Source: Octopus sinensis (lineage: Eukaryota). Taken from it: a DNA stretch of 64,000 nt. The translations under genes and the position numbers were made by a program. The notes beneath the pieces are model-generated. The model was not told the origin of the DNA and ran no database searches. It worked only from the letters and a program-made list of their open reading frames with translations. The stretch is taken from NCBI RefSeq assembly GCF_006345805.1, contig NC_043007.1, positions 6,076,001 through 6,140,000 on the forward strand. The letters are read 5' to 3'. Below are positions 1 through 12,329 of this stretch, piece by piece; the first letter of the stretch is position 1, and each line of letters begins with the position of its first letter.

Positions 1-50
1 GAGTATCGCAGAAGAAGGTTAGAGGAAATGAGGAAACAACTAGATAACAT
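1..50 (+). CDS. PDCL: Phosducin-like protein 1, coding exon (5'-truncated by window edge)
   Basis: Reads EYRRRRLEEMRKQLDN+AT, then donor GTGCGT at 51. Matches the PhLP1 'YRxxRxEEMRxQL' helix. Phase 2 joins the next exon (AT|A = Ile). Confidence 0.88.
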
Positions 51-319
51 GTGCGTATATTATTGTCTTCTAACTTATATTATCATCCATGTTTATGGAA
101 TTTGGTAAAATGAATAACAGCTAAGTAGTGAGATACTAAAATAAAAATAAATTATGGATAACCATTTTGCGATTTCGAGAACTTGTGCTCATTATTATTA
201 TTATTATTGGTTGAATTGTTAATATGGCTGACATAATGTTTAGCAATATTTTTTCCAGCTCTCTACCTTCTAATTTCAAATTATGCCATGGTTCACTTTG
301 TTTTTCATCCTCAGTTCAA

Positions 320-1448
320 CAGGTCTTCACAAGCACGGCATGTTGCCCAATGATTGAAGGGTGCTTTTTTAAACAGGCCAGTCATGTGACACATCAGCCA
401 CGACTACAATCTCACTTGGCTTGCTGGGTCTTCTCAAGCACAGCATATCTCCAAAGGTCTCAGTCATTTGTCATTGCCCCTGTGAGGCCCAATGTTTGAA
501 GGTCATGCTTCACCACTTCATCCTGTCTCTTCCTGGATCTGACTCTTCCACAGGTTCCCTTTACTGTTAGTGAGTGACACTTCTTCACACAGCTGTCCTC
601 ATCCATTCACAATGCATAACCATACCCGCTCAGTTGTCTCTCTTGCACACCACATCTCATGCTTATAATGTTCAACTTTTCTCTCAGGGTGCTTTACACT
701 CTGTTGTGTATGCACACTGATATTACACATCCAGTGGAACATACTGGCTTCATTTCTTTGAAGCCTACGCATGACCCTCAGCAGTCACAGTCCATCTTTC
801 ACTGCACTGTAGGATGGCTGTTCGCATACAGACTCTAAGCAAGAGGCTCTTTGTTACCAGCAGAGGGAGGAGCTCTCTGAACTTTGGTTTTGCTAGGTTA
901 ACTCTAAGGCCCTTCGATTCTAGACCTTGCTTCCACACCTGAAACTTTTTCTCTAGTTCTAGTAGTGACTCAGCTATTAGAGCAAGGTCATCAATAAGGA
1001 AGGGCTTCCAGGGGCAGCCTGTCTTGAATTCCTCTGTTATTGCCTGGACGACTATGACGAATAAGAGGGGGCTGAGGACTGATCCTTGGTGAACTCTTAC
1101 TTCTACCTTAATTCTTCACTATACTTGTTGCCAACCCTCACCTTACTGACAGCATCCCTATGGCTGGTACAGCTCTCACTAACCACTCATCTATCCCTAG
1201 TTTCAGCATTGATCACCAGATAAGGGATCAGGGGACCCTGTCAAAAGCTTTCTCCATGTCAACAAAAGCGAAATACAGAGGTTTATCTTTGGTTAGGAAT
1301 TTCTCCTTACCAGAAATATAGCATCAGTGGTACTTCTCCCTGGCTCAAACCCAAACTGCATCTCATCTAATCTAACTCTCTCCCTTATTAATTGGGTTAT
1401 GACCCTCTCCGTGACTTTCGTCACCTGACCCAACAACTTGATACCTCA
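320..1448 (-). mobile_element. Degenerate RTE-clade LINE fragment (RT and C-terminus, internal ~350-bp deletion)
   Basis: Colinear by eye with the RTE at 23260-24660 (e.g. cttgctgggtcttctca, gtcaaaagctttctccatgtcaac). Has stops and indels. Lies in PDCL intron 1. Confidence 0.85.
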
Positions 1449-1669
1449 TATATACAAACATTCTTTCTATATGCATATACACATACATGCAGATACATAC
1501 AAACACATATAACCATATATACATATATACTCCCACCTGTACCTTTGTGTATTTATACATGCATTATACACTGTATTAATTTAATATATATTTATGTATT
1601 ATAAATACTCATATACACCTTCTCTAATTATTTAATCACCATTTTTTTCTTCTCTCTATTTCACTATAG

Positions 1670-1772
1670 ACCAAAGTTTGGAAAAGTAATCAACTTGGCA
1701 TCAAATAATTTTGTAGATTCTATCGATAAGGAGAATCCCAATGTCACCATCATTGTACATATATTTGAAAAT
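1670..1772 (+). CDS. PDCL: Phosducin-like protein 1, coding exon
   Basis: Polypyrimidine tract plus TAG acceptor (1668-69). Encodes PKFGKVINLASNNFVDSIDKENPNVTIIVHIFEN, then GTAAGT donor at 1773. Start of the phosducin thioredoxin-like domain. Confidence 0.93.
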
Positions 1773-1929
1773 GTAAGTAAATTCTTTGATCAATTACAAC
1801 TCTTTTACTTCTAGAACACAACTGTTGCATTGATTTAATGGCACCGTTTCTGGATGTTACTCAAGTTAAGTAATATTTAGCAGTTGCCCTGGATGAGGTT
1901 GTAGCAAACCAAGCCATGATGAATCCTGA

Positions 1930-3240
1930 GACCTGGGAAAATCCGTGGAAATAATTTCTAGTCTTCTTTACTTTGGTGACTCTGAAAGTATTGTTAGCAA
2001 GAATAAGGATGATGAAGAAATTTCAGGCAGTTTTTTTTATATCTTCTGACAACAAAAGGCTCTCCTTGTGAGTGAAGAATCGGTAGTTGGATGGTAATGT
2101 ATAAAATGTTGTATAGCAAGCGAGTGGAATCTGAATGTTGAATGAGGAAGACATACAAAGACTGACAAGAAATTAAACAAATATACTTTGATATTTAATT
2201 AGGGTTTGTGTGTGATGAAGCATGGCTGGTGTGTGAGGAAAATACTGAAACGATAAAAGTACATCTGAACGTGGGGTGTAACCGGCCCACTTATGAGTAC
2301 CCCTCATTCATTAGACAATAAACTTTGCTTGTGAAGACCTATTGAGGCAAGTGAAATCAAACTCACAGACGTGGCCGATGACAATACTGCCTGATCGGCA
2401 CTCGTACCAGTGGAATGTTAAAAGTACATCCAAACGTGATCATTGCCAGGGCTACGGGTTGGCTCCCGTGCCGGTGGCACGTAAAAAACACCTTTTGAGC
2501 GTGGTCGTTGCCAGTGCTGCCGGACTGGCTCCCATGCAGGTAGCACATAAAAAACACCTTTTGAGCGTGGTCGTTGCCAGTGCTGCCGGACTGGCTCCCA
2601 TGCAGGTAGCACATAAAAAACACCTTTTGAGCGTGGTCGTTGCCAGTGCTGCCGGACTGGCTCCCATGCAGGTAGCACATAAAAAACACCTTTTGAGCGT
2701 GGTCGTTGCCAGTGCTGCCGGACTGGCTCCCATGCAGGTAGCACATAAAAAACACCTTTTGAGCGTGGTCGTTGCCAGTGCTGCCGGACTGGCTCCCATG
2801 CAGGTAGCACATAAAAAACACCTTTTGAGCGTGGTCGTTGCCAGTGCTGCCGGACTGGCTCCCATGCAGGTAGCACATAAAAAACACCTTTTGAGCGTGG
2901 TCGTTGCCAGTGCTGCCGGACTGGCTCCCATGCAGGTAGCACATAAAAAACACCTTTTGAGCGTGGTCGTTGTCAGTGCTGCCGGACTGGCTCCCATGCA
3001 GGTAGCACATAAAAAACACCTTTTGAGCGTAGTCGTTGCCAGAACCACTGAACTGGCCCTTGCGCCGGTGGCACATAAAAAGCATCCACTACACTCTCGG
3101 AGTGGTTGGCATTAGGGAGGGCATTCAGCTGTAGAAACTTTGCCAGATCAGATTGAGCTAGAGGGTGCACCAGTCCTCAGCCAAACCATCTAACCCATGC
3201 CAGCATGGAAAGTGGATGTTAAACGATGATGATGATGTGT
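1930..3240 (+). mobile_element. RTE-clade LINE 3' fragment (decayed ORF end plus 3' UTR ending in (GAT)n)
   Basis: 3' UTR motifs shared with 20054-20230 (cactacactctcggagtggttggc, acccatgccagcatggaa) and a gatgatgatg tail. Contains the 66-bp array. Confidence 0.75.
2484..3077 (+). repeat. 66-bp minisatellite, about 9 units (7 identical) inside an RTE 3' UTR
   Basis: Unit aaaaaacaccttttgagcgtggtcgttgccagtgctgccggactggctcccatgcaggtagcacat, repeated head-to-tail with no spacers. Confidence 0.97.
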
Positions 3241-3629
3241 AAGAGAAAAGAAAACTGCCATGATGCATGTAGAAGGGTAAAAGAAATGAAAGTTCTTAGT
3301 GTCCTAAGTGAAAGGAACCTCTGGAAGGAGTATGAATGGGAAGAAGTGGTGAAGAGTGATTTCACTGAAGAGGCTGAATGTTGAGGGAGATGATGAGGGA
3401 CTGTAACGAGTGGAATTGGGTTGTTGACTGTGTTGGAACAAAGGACATGAAACGATGAGGATGATGATGGCAATAAAGAGGAGAAGGACATTGTATGGGG
3501 GGGGGGAGGAGCAAGGGAAGGGGTCAGTTCAGGTGAAACGATTCTGCTTAACAGAGACAAAATGTTGACATGGAACACCCTTTTTTTTTTTATTATTTAT
3601 AATTAATTCTTCAAAATTTATTCGATTTT

Positions 3630-4025
3630 GTCTTTTTACTGGTTTCACATATTGAGCTGCAGCCATGCTGGGGCAACACCTTGCAGGGTTTCAGTCTATC
3701 GTTTCGACTGCAGGACTCATTTCTAAGCCAGGTACTTATTCTGTCACTCCCTTTGTGCACAACAGCCGCACTTGCAGGGATGTAAACAAACCAATACAAA
3801 TCGTCAAGCAATGGCAGACAAACAAAAGGATGTATACATTCACACACACACACACACAGAGTAGGCTTCTGCATAGTTTCTGCCTGTCAGTGTCATTCTC
3901 CATCTATTAATTATATGCTTAGGGCTTTGGCAGAAGTCACTTGCTCATGACACCAAGCTATGGAACTGAACCTCGAAGCTCAAAGGTCTGAACTTAACTT
4001 CTTAACTGCTCAGCCAAGCATGCGA
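3630..4025 (-). mobile_element. tRNA-derived SINE with internal microsatellite (same family as 50785-51219), old copy
   Basis: Reverse complement shares the head, body and tail motifs of 50785-51219, and the internal (TG)n. Confidence 0.6.
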
Positions 4026-5224
4026 CTGTATGAGTTACTTTTTGGGGCAAAACATCACAAGTTCTCTTTGAATCTAGTCTGCGCTGCACTCTTTGATTTT
4101 TTTCTTTTATATATTGGATAAAACTGAAAATGGTAAGATTTGGTACTCGCTGGTGTTTGGTTAAGAAACAGGCGAAATCCGACGAAGGGTGAAGTATTTG
4201 GATCCTTCGTTTCGACTTCTATATACTGGTGATATTCGTTAGTCCATGTCAGTCCTCATGGAGCAGACGATGATTAAAGCCGTGGCTATTCTACCTTTTT
4301 GAAAATAGTTTGTCTGGCAGCACATAATCTGATGTGTGGTTCTGTTTTTAACACTCTAAGATTAGGACAGTAAGTGTGTAAGATGAGGGAGATTAAGCTG
4401 TTATTGCTAGCATGATGAGTGACTGCGTGGAGAGATCTCCATCGGTGAAAAGGTTCACACGTTTGGCTCTCTTGAGTTACTTCCCTTCATGTGTTTTCTT
4501 GTGAAGTGCCATCACTGAGTCACCCTGGAAGAACCGTATCTAACCCACAGATCAATAAATACATAATATATCATATCGCAGGTAGCACCGGACTGTGTGT
4601 AATGAAATGATAGTACGAGTATTATTAGTATTATTACCCTAATTAACGATTGTCACGAGCAGAATCAGTTAATCAACATTGCAAAATGCCTGGCTGCTTT
4701 TCATTATTTACTTTCAAACTTCAAGCTCTAATCCCACCAAAATGGCCTTTGCCATTTATCATTTTTTTATTCTGAATTTCTATAAAATAAGCAACCAATC
4801 GATTTGTTTGTCTGTTTCTTTATCGGAAATGTGTAACCGTCTTTCAATATAAGAAATCAATGTTTCTTGATTAAAATTAAAAGGATTTCAGAATCTTCAG
4901 ATTAATATCTAGTTACTTCCCTTCCAGTTGACATGGACTCAGTTTCTTTCACTGTTGAGTGAATCGAATCAAATACCAGTCATGTACACGGGACAATTAG
5001 ATTGACTTTTTGCTCCTTGCGAACTTCGATGGTTTGTACTAACCTTAAATTATGTACTTTTGCTAATAAATAGCCATTTCGTAACCACTTTGGGTTCAGC
5101 CCCACAACGTGCCACTTTGTGCTGGTGTCATCCCTGGGCCAACCAATGCCTTCTGAGTGGATTTGGTTTGCCGGAAACTGAAAGAAGCCCATCATATGTG
5201 TGTATACATAGATATATGATGATT

Positions 5225-5750
5225 ATCATCATATTTGTCGTCATTTAATATTTGTCTTCCATGCCTGCATGGGTTGGATGGTTCAGCAGGACGTGATGAA
5301 CCAGAGAACCGTATTGAGTTCCAATGTCTGCTTTGCCATGGTTTCTGCTGTTGGATGCTCTTCCGAATGCCAACCACTTTACAAAATGTTCTGGGTGCTT
5401 TTCCTTTGTGGCACCAGCATTCATGATGTCACCAAGTAACTCAAAAGACAAGACCCTTAAACAGAATGGGTCTAAATCGGAGAGAAAGGGAGCTGCTTGT
5501 ACGAGTGTTTGTGTCTCCTTGTCTTTACTTTTAGTGAAATAGTTGTGAATGAATGTCACTATTACACCAACTGTGTCAATCATTTCCAGTCTTCCATGAA
5601 AACATGTCTGGCCTTGAAGAAATATTGCCTTGCCTGGAAACTGCTGAGGGTTGGGACAAGAAGAGCATCCAGCTGTAGAAAATCTGCCTCAGTGAATTCC
5701 TCTAACCCATGCAAGCATGGGAAAGTGAACATTAAAACAAGGAAGATGTA
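5225..5750. mobile_element. Two short RTE 3'-end fragments in opposite orientations
   Basis: 5225-5420 (-) and 5590-5750 (+) carry the catccagctgtagaaa and acccatgc(a)agcatgg terminal motifs. Confidence 0.6.
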
Positions 5751-6570
5751 AAATATATAAGCATAACAATATCACAGTTTTCAGTTGTGTGTTGTTGAAG
5801 CCTTAAAACTATCACAGTTCATCCCCAGCTCCACCCTCCATGAATTTAGTTTTAAATCCTGTTAATACTCATCTCTTGGATCAAGGAACTTTGAGTCTCA
5901 TAGCTTATTGAATCTATTGGGTGTCAGACAACTGCAAGCCCTTAGGTTCTGCTTGGTCCAAATATTTACCACAGGGTAGAGGACTCTCCTAAAGATATTC
6001 AAGGGACAGATAAAGGTGTCAGATTAGGCAATGGATGATGTCTGCCCACTAAAACAATAAATGTCTTCATACTGTTGTGATATTTCCAATCAGTTCTCTT
6101 ACTATTCCACTACTGTCTCCTACCATCGCCATCATTGTTATACCACTGCAACTAAGTCACTAAAAATGTATTTATTCCAACATATGCAAACATCCACCAT
6201 TAAAATGCTCTTCTCTAAATGCCAACATAAACATCATCATCATCATCATCATTACTAAATTTGTTTTTCTATGCCGGCATGGATTGTCTGGGTTTGCTTC
6301 ACACCAGCCACCTTGCCCTGTGATGTCATCTTCATGAAGTCCAGCACACTGATATCAAACTTCACCTCTTTCCATATCTTCCTTGGTCTTCTTCCACAGG
6401 TTCCTTCCACTAGGGTCATTTGCTGATCTCAGGGGACCTTCCAGTAGATAGCTGTCATCCTTCAAATGCACAACATAACTGCTATCACAGTTTTCTTTTT
6501 CTTTTGCTCATGACATCTAATTTCTTCTACGTCCATTTTTTTCTTGTAGGTATATGAGAAAATTTCTCTC

Positions 6571-6601
<31 letters not shown>

Positions 6602-6774
6602 ATTCACTCGTGAATTTCATCACACACAACATGGACAAAAATTCCTTCTTAAGAAAAAATACATATTCAAATAAGTAAAACATAATATTGTGAATAGCGA
6701 TAGCGAAACCTGTCGATATATTAAAAATTATATTAAAACTATGTAAGTGTGCGTATTTTCCTTTTTTAATTTCT

Positions 6775-6788
6775 TATATATATATATA

Positions 6789-6832
<44 letters not shown>

Positions 6833-6865
6833 TAGATAGATAGATATAGATATAGATATATATAA
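6775..6865. repeat. (TA)n/(GATA)n microsatellite
   Basis: Directly visible. Confidence 0.95.
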
Positions 6866-7012
6866 AATCCATTTGTTGTGGGATAGTGTCTGTAGAAAGC
6901 TCCCTACACAACACCGAGTGTTAAAGATATATAATCCCTCTCGTGTTTTCATATTCCTCTCCACAGTTCCTCTTTCGAGTTCATGTATCTTATATTTATT
7001 TTTTGTTTTCAG

Positions 7013-7126
7013 AATAAGGAAGCTTGTGAAGCTATGGACGGCTGCTTGTTATGTCTGTCACAGGAGTATCCAACCATCAAATTCTGTCGGATCAGTGCCA
7101 GAGACGCTAAACTAAGCCACAGATTT
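7013..7126 (+). CDS. PDCL: Phosducin-like protein 1, coding exon
   Basis: TTTTCAG acceptor. 114 nt, phase 0/0, encodes NKEACEAMDGCLLCLSQEYPTIKFCRISARDAKLSHRF, then GTAAGT donor. Matches the PhLP 'CLAxEYPxVKFC' motif. Confidence 0.95.
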
Positions 7127-7299
7127 GTAAGTTGAAAGCTGTCAGTTCTTAGTATTTTGATAATGTGAATGTAAAGTAAAACAGTTATTCTATCTGGCTG
7201 ATAGACTTCACCATTTAAACCCCCAGAAGAGGTCCCTGTAATCATTCTTGAGCTCTCATTCACTTTTCTCTGTTCAGTCTACAAATGGTATACCACCAT

Positions 7300-7580
7300 T
7301 ACTGACTTTTCTCTTTCTCTCTTTATTTCTCTCCTTCTTCTATCTCTCTCTTTATTTCTCTCCTCTCTCTCTCCTTATTTCTCTCTGTCCCTTTATTTCT
7401 TTGTTTCTCTCCTTCTCTCTGTCTCTTTATTTCTCTCCTTCTCTTCTCTCAATTTATTTATTTCCTTCTATCTCTCTCTTTATTTCTCTCCTCTCTCTCT
7501 TTATTTCTCTCTTCTCTCTCTCTCTCTCACTCTTTATTTCTCTCCTTCTCTGTCTCTCTCTATTTCTCTCTCTTTCTCTG
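7300..7580. repeat. Degenerate CT-rich simple repeat (TTTATTTCTCTC units)
   Basis: Directly visible polypyrimidine repeat in PDCL intron 3. Confidence 0.9.
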
Positions 7581-7713
7581 ATCGTTTACTTCACAAGAGT
7601 ACCTACATTACTGTTTTCTTTCTTTCTCTTTCCCCCACCCCTTTCTCTCTCCCATTTAATTCATAAAACCAATTGCATTGCTGATCTCTCTCTCTCTCTC
7701 TCACTTAATTCAG

Positions 7714-7838
7714 TCCACAGAGGGTGTCCCTGCACTACTCATATACAAAGGTGGAGAAATGATTGGCAACTTCATTGCCCTCAGTAAGGAATTCGGTGAA
7801 GATTTCTATGCGACAGATATTGAGAGTTTCCTCCAAGA
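7714..7838 (+). CDS. PDCL: Phosducin-like protein 1, coding exon
   Basis: CAG acceptor. Encodes STEGVPALLIYKGGEMIGNFIALSKEFGEDFYATDIESFLQ+GA, then GTAAGT donor. Matches PhLP1 'LPALLIYKGGELIGNFV...FLQE'. Confidence 0.96.
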
Positions 7839-7874
7839 GTAAGTAAACCTTGTTGCTATTCTTGCTGTTTCACC

Positions 7875-8374
7875 CTAAACCTTACAGAGATTTGCACCTG
7901 CAGCGATTTGGAAGATGTATTGATGATGCAGTGTGATAAGGTTTTCCAGGAAAGCAATCATCTGTGGTTTCAAAACAAAGAGTGCTCTTACATCAGGATA
8001 ATTCTTGGCCATATGCTGTGAGGATGACATTCCAAAAGCTGGAGCAGTTTGAATGAGGAACGATGCCCTACCCACCATATTTGTTGGGCATTGGCCCACC
8101 TCATTATCATTTATTCCACAGTTTTCAAAATCATTTGGACGAAAAAATATTAATTCTGTAGAGGAGGTCAGAACAGAACTGGAGGAGTATTTTTCATCCC
8201 GGACAAGTGAATTTTGGAACAGGGGCCTTGCAAGTCTACCAGATAAGATGGAAGAGCATCTTCTTAGTAAATGAAGGAGAATATATTTTACATTTAAAAA
8301 GAATTTCTTTTAATCTTAATTTTGAAAAATAAAAGAAGCATAAAAAACCTGCATTATTTATGGGGCGACCACAT
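7875..8374 (+). mobile_element. Mariner (DD34D) transposase 3' fragment with right TIR
   Basis: Remnants of HQDN and YPPY motifs, plus EEVRTELEEYFSSRTSEFWNRGLASLP. Colinear with 47750-48232. Ends in cattatttatggggcgacc. Confidence 0.82.
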
Positions 8375-8489
8375 TTATATATATATGTGCGCCCGCCTGT
8401 GTGTGTGTGTGTATGTATGTATATATATATATCTATATGTATATATATATATGTATCTGTATATATGTATATAAATATGTATGTGTATA

Positions 8490-8850
8490 TACATGTATGT
8501 ATATTCGAGTGTGATCATTACCAGCGTCGCCTTACTGGCACTTGGTGCTGGTGGCACATGAAAAAATATTTGAATGAGATCATTGCCAGTGCCGCTGAAC
8601 TGGCTCCTATGCAGGTGGCACATAAAAAAACACCAGTTGCCAGTATGCCTGACTGGCCCTCATGCTTGTGGCACGTAAAAGCACCCACTACACTCTCGGA
8701 GTGGTTGGCAATAGGAGGGGCATCCAGCTGTAGAAACTCTGCCAGATCAGATTGGAGCCTGGTGCAGCCATCTGGTTCACCATTCCTCAGTCAAATCGTC
8801 CAACCCATGCCAGCATGTAAAGCAGACATTAAATGATGATGATGATGATG
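8490..8850 (+). mobile_element. RTE 3' UTR fragment with (GAT)n tail
   Basis: Same terminal motifs as 2290-3240 and 20054-20230. Confidence 0.75.
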
Positions 8851-9299
8851 ATATGTATATGTAGGTATATATATATGTAAATATGTATATATATATGTAT
8901 AGATTTAACATATTAAGAAAGAGAATGTAGTCAGGATTTGGATAAAACGGTATATATTTAGGGCTTTCCTCCTTCTCCAGGATACATTATCAATGACTTC
9001 TGATAGAAAATTCCTTCCTTTCATATATACAAATTCTGCTCCAGATTTTATTTTTCAGCTAGCTCACATGTATATTAAAAGTATGAATATTTTTAGAAAA
9101 CATTCATGAGGAATCCCTGCAAGAGACAAAGCTGCTGAATAAATAAGTTTTATTTAAATCCTAACTGCCTAATTTTTCTTAATATATATAAGTATGTATA
9201 TATACATGTGTATAGATATATGTAGGGTGTATGTATGTGTGTGTATGTATGTATATATGTGTGTATCTTCTACCCACGCCAGCATGGAGAGCGAACATC

Positions 9300-10130
9300 A
9301 AATGATGATATCATCATCATCAGCAGCAGCAGCATCATCATTTGATGTCCGTTGTTCATGCTAGCAAGGATCAGACAAGATAACTGGACTGGCATGCTGG
9401 AGGGCTGCACCAGGATCCAGTCTGATTTGGCGTGATATTCTATGGCTGGATACCCTTCCTAATGCCAACTACTCTGAGAGTGCAATGGGTGTTTTTACGT
9501 GCCACTGGCATGGATGCCATTTGTGTGGCACCAGTATCTGCCACGACTGTGATTTTGTTTGGCTTGGTTGTTCTCGAGTATGACATAATGCCAAAGGTCT
9601 TGGTCATTGCCTCCATGAGGCCCAACACTCGAAAGGAGCCCAGCCACTTTGCCCCCATGATGCTCAATGCTCGAAAGGAAACTCAGCCACTTCCCCTCCA
9701 TGTAGCCCACTTGAAAGAAACATGTAAGGTAACAATCACGTTCGAATGGTGCTTTTTATGTGCCACCTGCACAGGAGCCAGTCCAGCGACACTGGCAACG
9801 ACCTCACTCGAATGTTTTGTTCACGTGCCACCGACACAAGTGCCAGTAAGGCGACTCTAGTAACGATCACGCTCGAATGGTGCTTTTTACATACCACCGG
9901 CACGGAAGCCAGACAGCTGCTCTGGCAGTGATCCCGCTCGGATGGAGCTGTTATCGCTCCACTGGCACAGGTGCCACTCATCAAATTTGGCTGAATTTCG
10001 ATTTCCCTTGCCCCAACAGATTTCTCCATAACCAAACACGTTTTCAAAGAAGATTGCAAACGGAGGACATTGTTTGCATCACCGATGGCACTTGATTACG
10101 ACTGTCATGTGATGTGAAGCCAAGGAGACA
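9300..10130 (-). mobile_element. RTE 3' UTR fragment with internally repeated modules
   Basis: (CAT)n tail at 9310-9340, actctgagagtgcaatgggtg, and repeated ttttatgtgccacc modules. Confidence 0.7.
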
Positions 10131-10729
10131 GGAACACAGACACACGATGGGCTTTGTTTAGTTTCTCTCAGTCAGATCCAAACACAAGGCTTTAGTTGGC
10201 CTGTGGCTATAGAAAAAGCTACTTGCCCAAAGTGCTTTGCAGTGGGATTGAACCCAGAACTTCTTGCCACATTGCCATGCCTCTGCCTCTTGCTTTATAT
10301 ACATCTTACATTCATAATGTGTTTAATTTAAAACAAAAATCTTCGACAATAAATCTATAATTACTCAATGATTTTATATCAATAATTATTTTGGTTGATT
10401 TAATTTGTTAGAGATTTGAGTAAATAAAAGTTGAATCGGTCTGTGTCCACCATATTTATTACACTTATTAGTCAGATGAACAGAATGAACTGTGAAGATG
10501 ACGACAATGTTGTTGTTGTGACAGACTTATGGTCAAAGGCATTCCTGCCATGACTCTCCCATCTGTTTTTTTCTTTTTGTACAATATTTAGTATATCTAA
10601 GGTTACATTATTCAATCTCTCTCTCTCCTTTTTTAAGACAGTAAGGTATGATTTGAGGGAGATTTGGCTGTTATTTCAAGCAAGTTGAGCAGCTATATTA
10701 GAGGATCTTTCATTGCCATTTGGTATTGG

Positions 10730-11112
10730 TGTTGCTGTTTGTTTGTTTGTTTGTTGAGTGAAGCGGTCTTTGTCCCAGAGTGAGAGAAGTCCGAAACGTG
10801 GTCCTTTGCTATTTGTAAGATGCGCAGAAGAGAAAGCAGGTCAACTCCCGACACCGAGAGCATCGATGGATGGATGAATGCGCATCCAGGCTCAGTGGTT
10901 GCATAGGAAGTCGGGGACAAGAAACAGGAAGAAAGAGTGAGAGAAAGTTGGGGCGAAAGAGTACAACAGGGGCTGCCACCCCCCCTGCCGGAGCCTCGTG
11001 AAGCTTTAGGTGTTTTCGCTCAATAAACACACACAACGCCCAGTCTGGGAATCGAAACCGCGATCCTCCGACCGCGAGTCCGATGCCCTAACCATTGGGC
11101 CATTGCGCCTCC
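10730..11112 (-). mobile_element. tRNA-derived SINE, near full length
   Basis: Minus-strand head GGCGCAATGGCCCAATGGTTAGGGC...GGTTTCGATTCCC (A and B boxes). Closely similar second copy at 42040-42354. Confidence 0.88.
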
Positions 11113-12329
11113 ACTGTTGTTGCTGTTGCTATGGTTGTGGATGTTGTAGTGATGCTAATAGTGGTTAGCATTGATTTGAAGAAAGTAGTTCTTATGAGAA
11201 TTTCAAATTTTGGTACAGAATCAGCAGATTTTGAGGGGAGGGGCAATTCCCTTCACTGGTCCTTGTTTTATCAATCCTGCAAGAATAAAAGGCGACATCC
11301 ACCTCAGTGGAATTTGAACTCAGAACATAACCGTGCACATAATGCTTCTACGCATTTCTCTCCACCTCTTCATTCTCCCCCCCCCCCCTCACCTCGTGGC
11401 TTTTCTTTTGGTGGTGGTTTTCATGATGGTGACTGGTTTCAATAATTATGGTGGCACTGACGAAGACGACGATGCTGCTGCTTTCAAGAACGATGGTTTG
11501 TTCCAACCATGACAATGGCTTTAATGTGTAATGGTGCTTTTGGTAATGACGGTGCCTTAATGAAGATGGAGATTTTAGTGATGATGTTGATGATGATGGC
11601 TTTACTGCTGACTGTGGTTTTGATGATGATGATGATGCTCAATTTAATGATAATAATTGTGGTTTTAATGATGATGGTGTTTTGATGCTGACAATAGTTT
11701 TAATCACGTTTGGATTCTTTCAATAATGATGGTAATTTTAAAGATGACATTGGTTCCACTGGTGATATAGCGGTCTTAATGATGATGACGATGATGACGA
11801 TGACGGTTGTGCGGTGGGGTGGTGGTTGGGGTGTTGACAACGGTGTTGATGGTCACACTAATAACAGTGTCTGCAAGGTCCACAGGAACAATAATAATGT
11901 AACGCATTCCTCTGGCATAAACAGACGCTACCAGTTTATCTCAACAGAAGGACAGACACTGATTGTTCTGATTGGTGGAACAATTACTTAATATCTCGTT
12001 AAGATCAGTTAATGGCCAATCATTAAAATCTGCCTTTCAGATGAAAGCTAATGGTGGTGGGGGTTGTGGTGCAGATAATTGTGCAGTAGTAGTTGTAGTA
12101 GTAGTATTGGTGATGTTGCTGTTGTTGTTGCCTTTTAACCATAGGTTGAGTAGACCCATGATCAAAGACATTCCATCCATGGCCGCTTAATCTTACCTTT
12201 CTTGGCATAAATATATTTAGGACTACATTGGTGTAGTTTTTCCTGTTCTTTTGAAAGCTGCCGGGATGTGACAGGATAAAGATTTGGCTGGTGTTTCTAG
12301 CGGGGTAAGTGACCACATATGAATTCCTT

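Noticed and set aside
2484-3077. CRISPR array or repeat-protein gene (257-aa, 240-aa and other ORFs)
   Set aside because: Units are contiguous and identical with no unique spacers, there are no cas genes, and the context is a eukaryotic intron. The ORFs arise because the 66-bp unit lacks stops.
11040-11112. tRNA genes here and at 29451-29524, 42285-42354 and 50785-50850
   Set aside because: A and B boxes are present but there is no complete cloverleaf, and each continues into a repeated SINE body.
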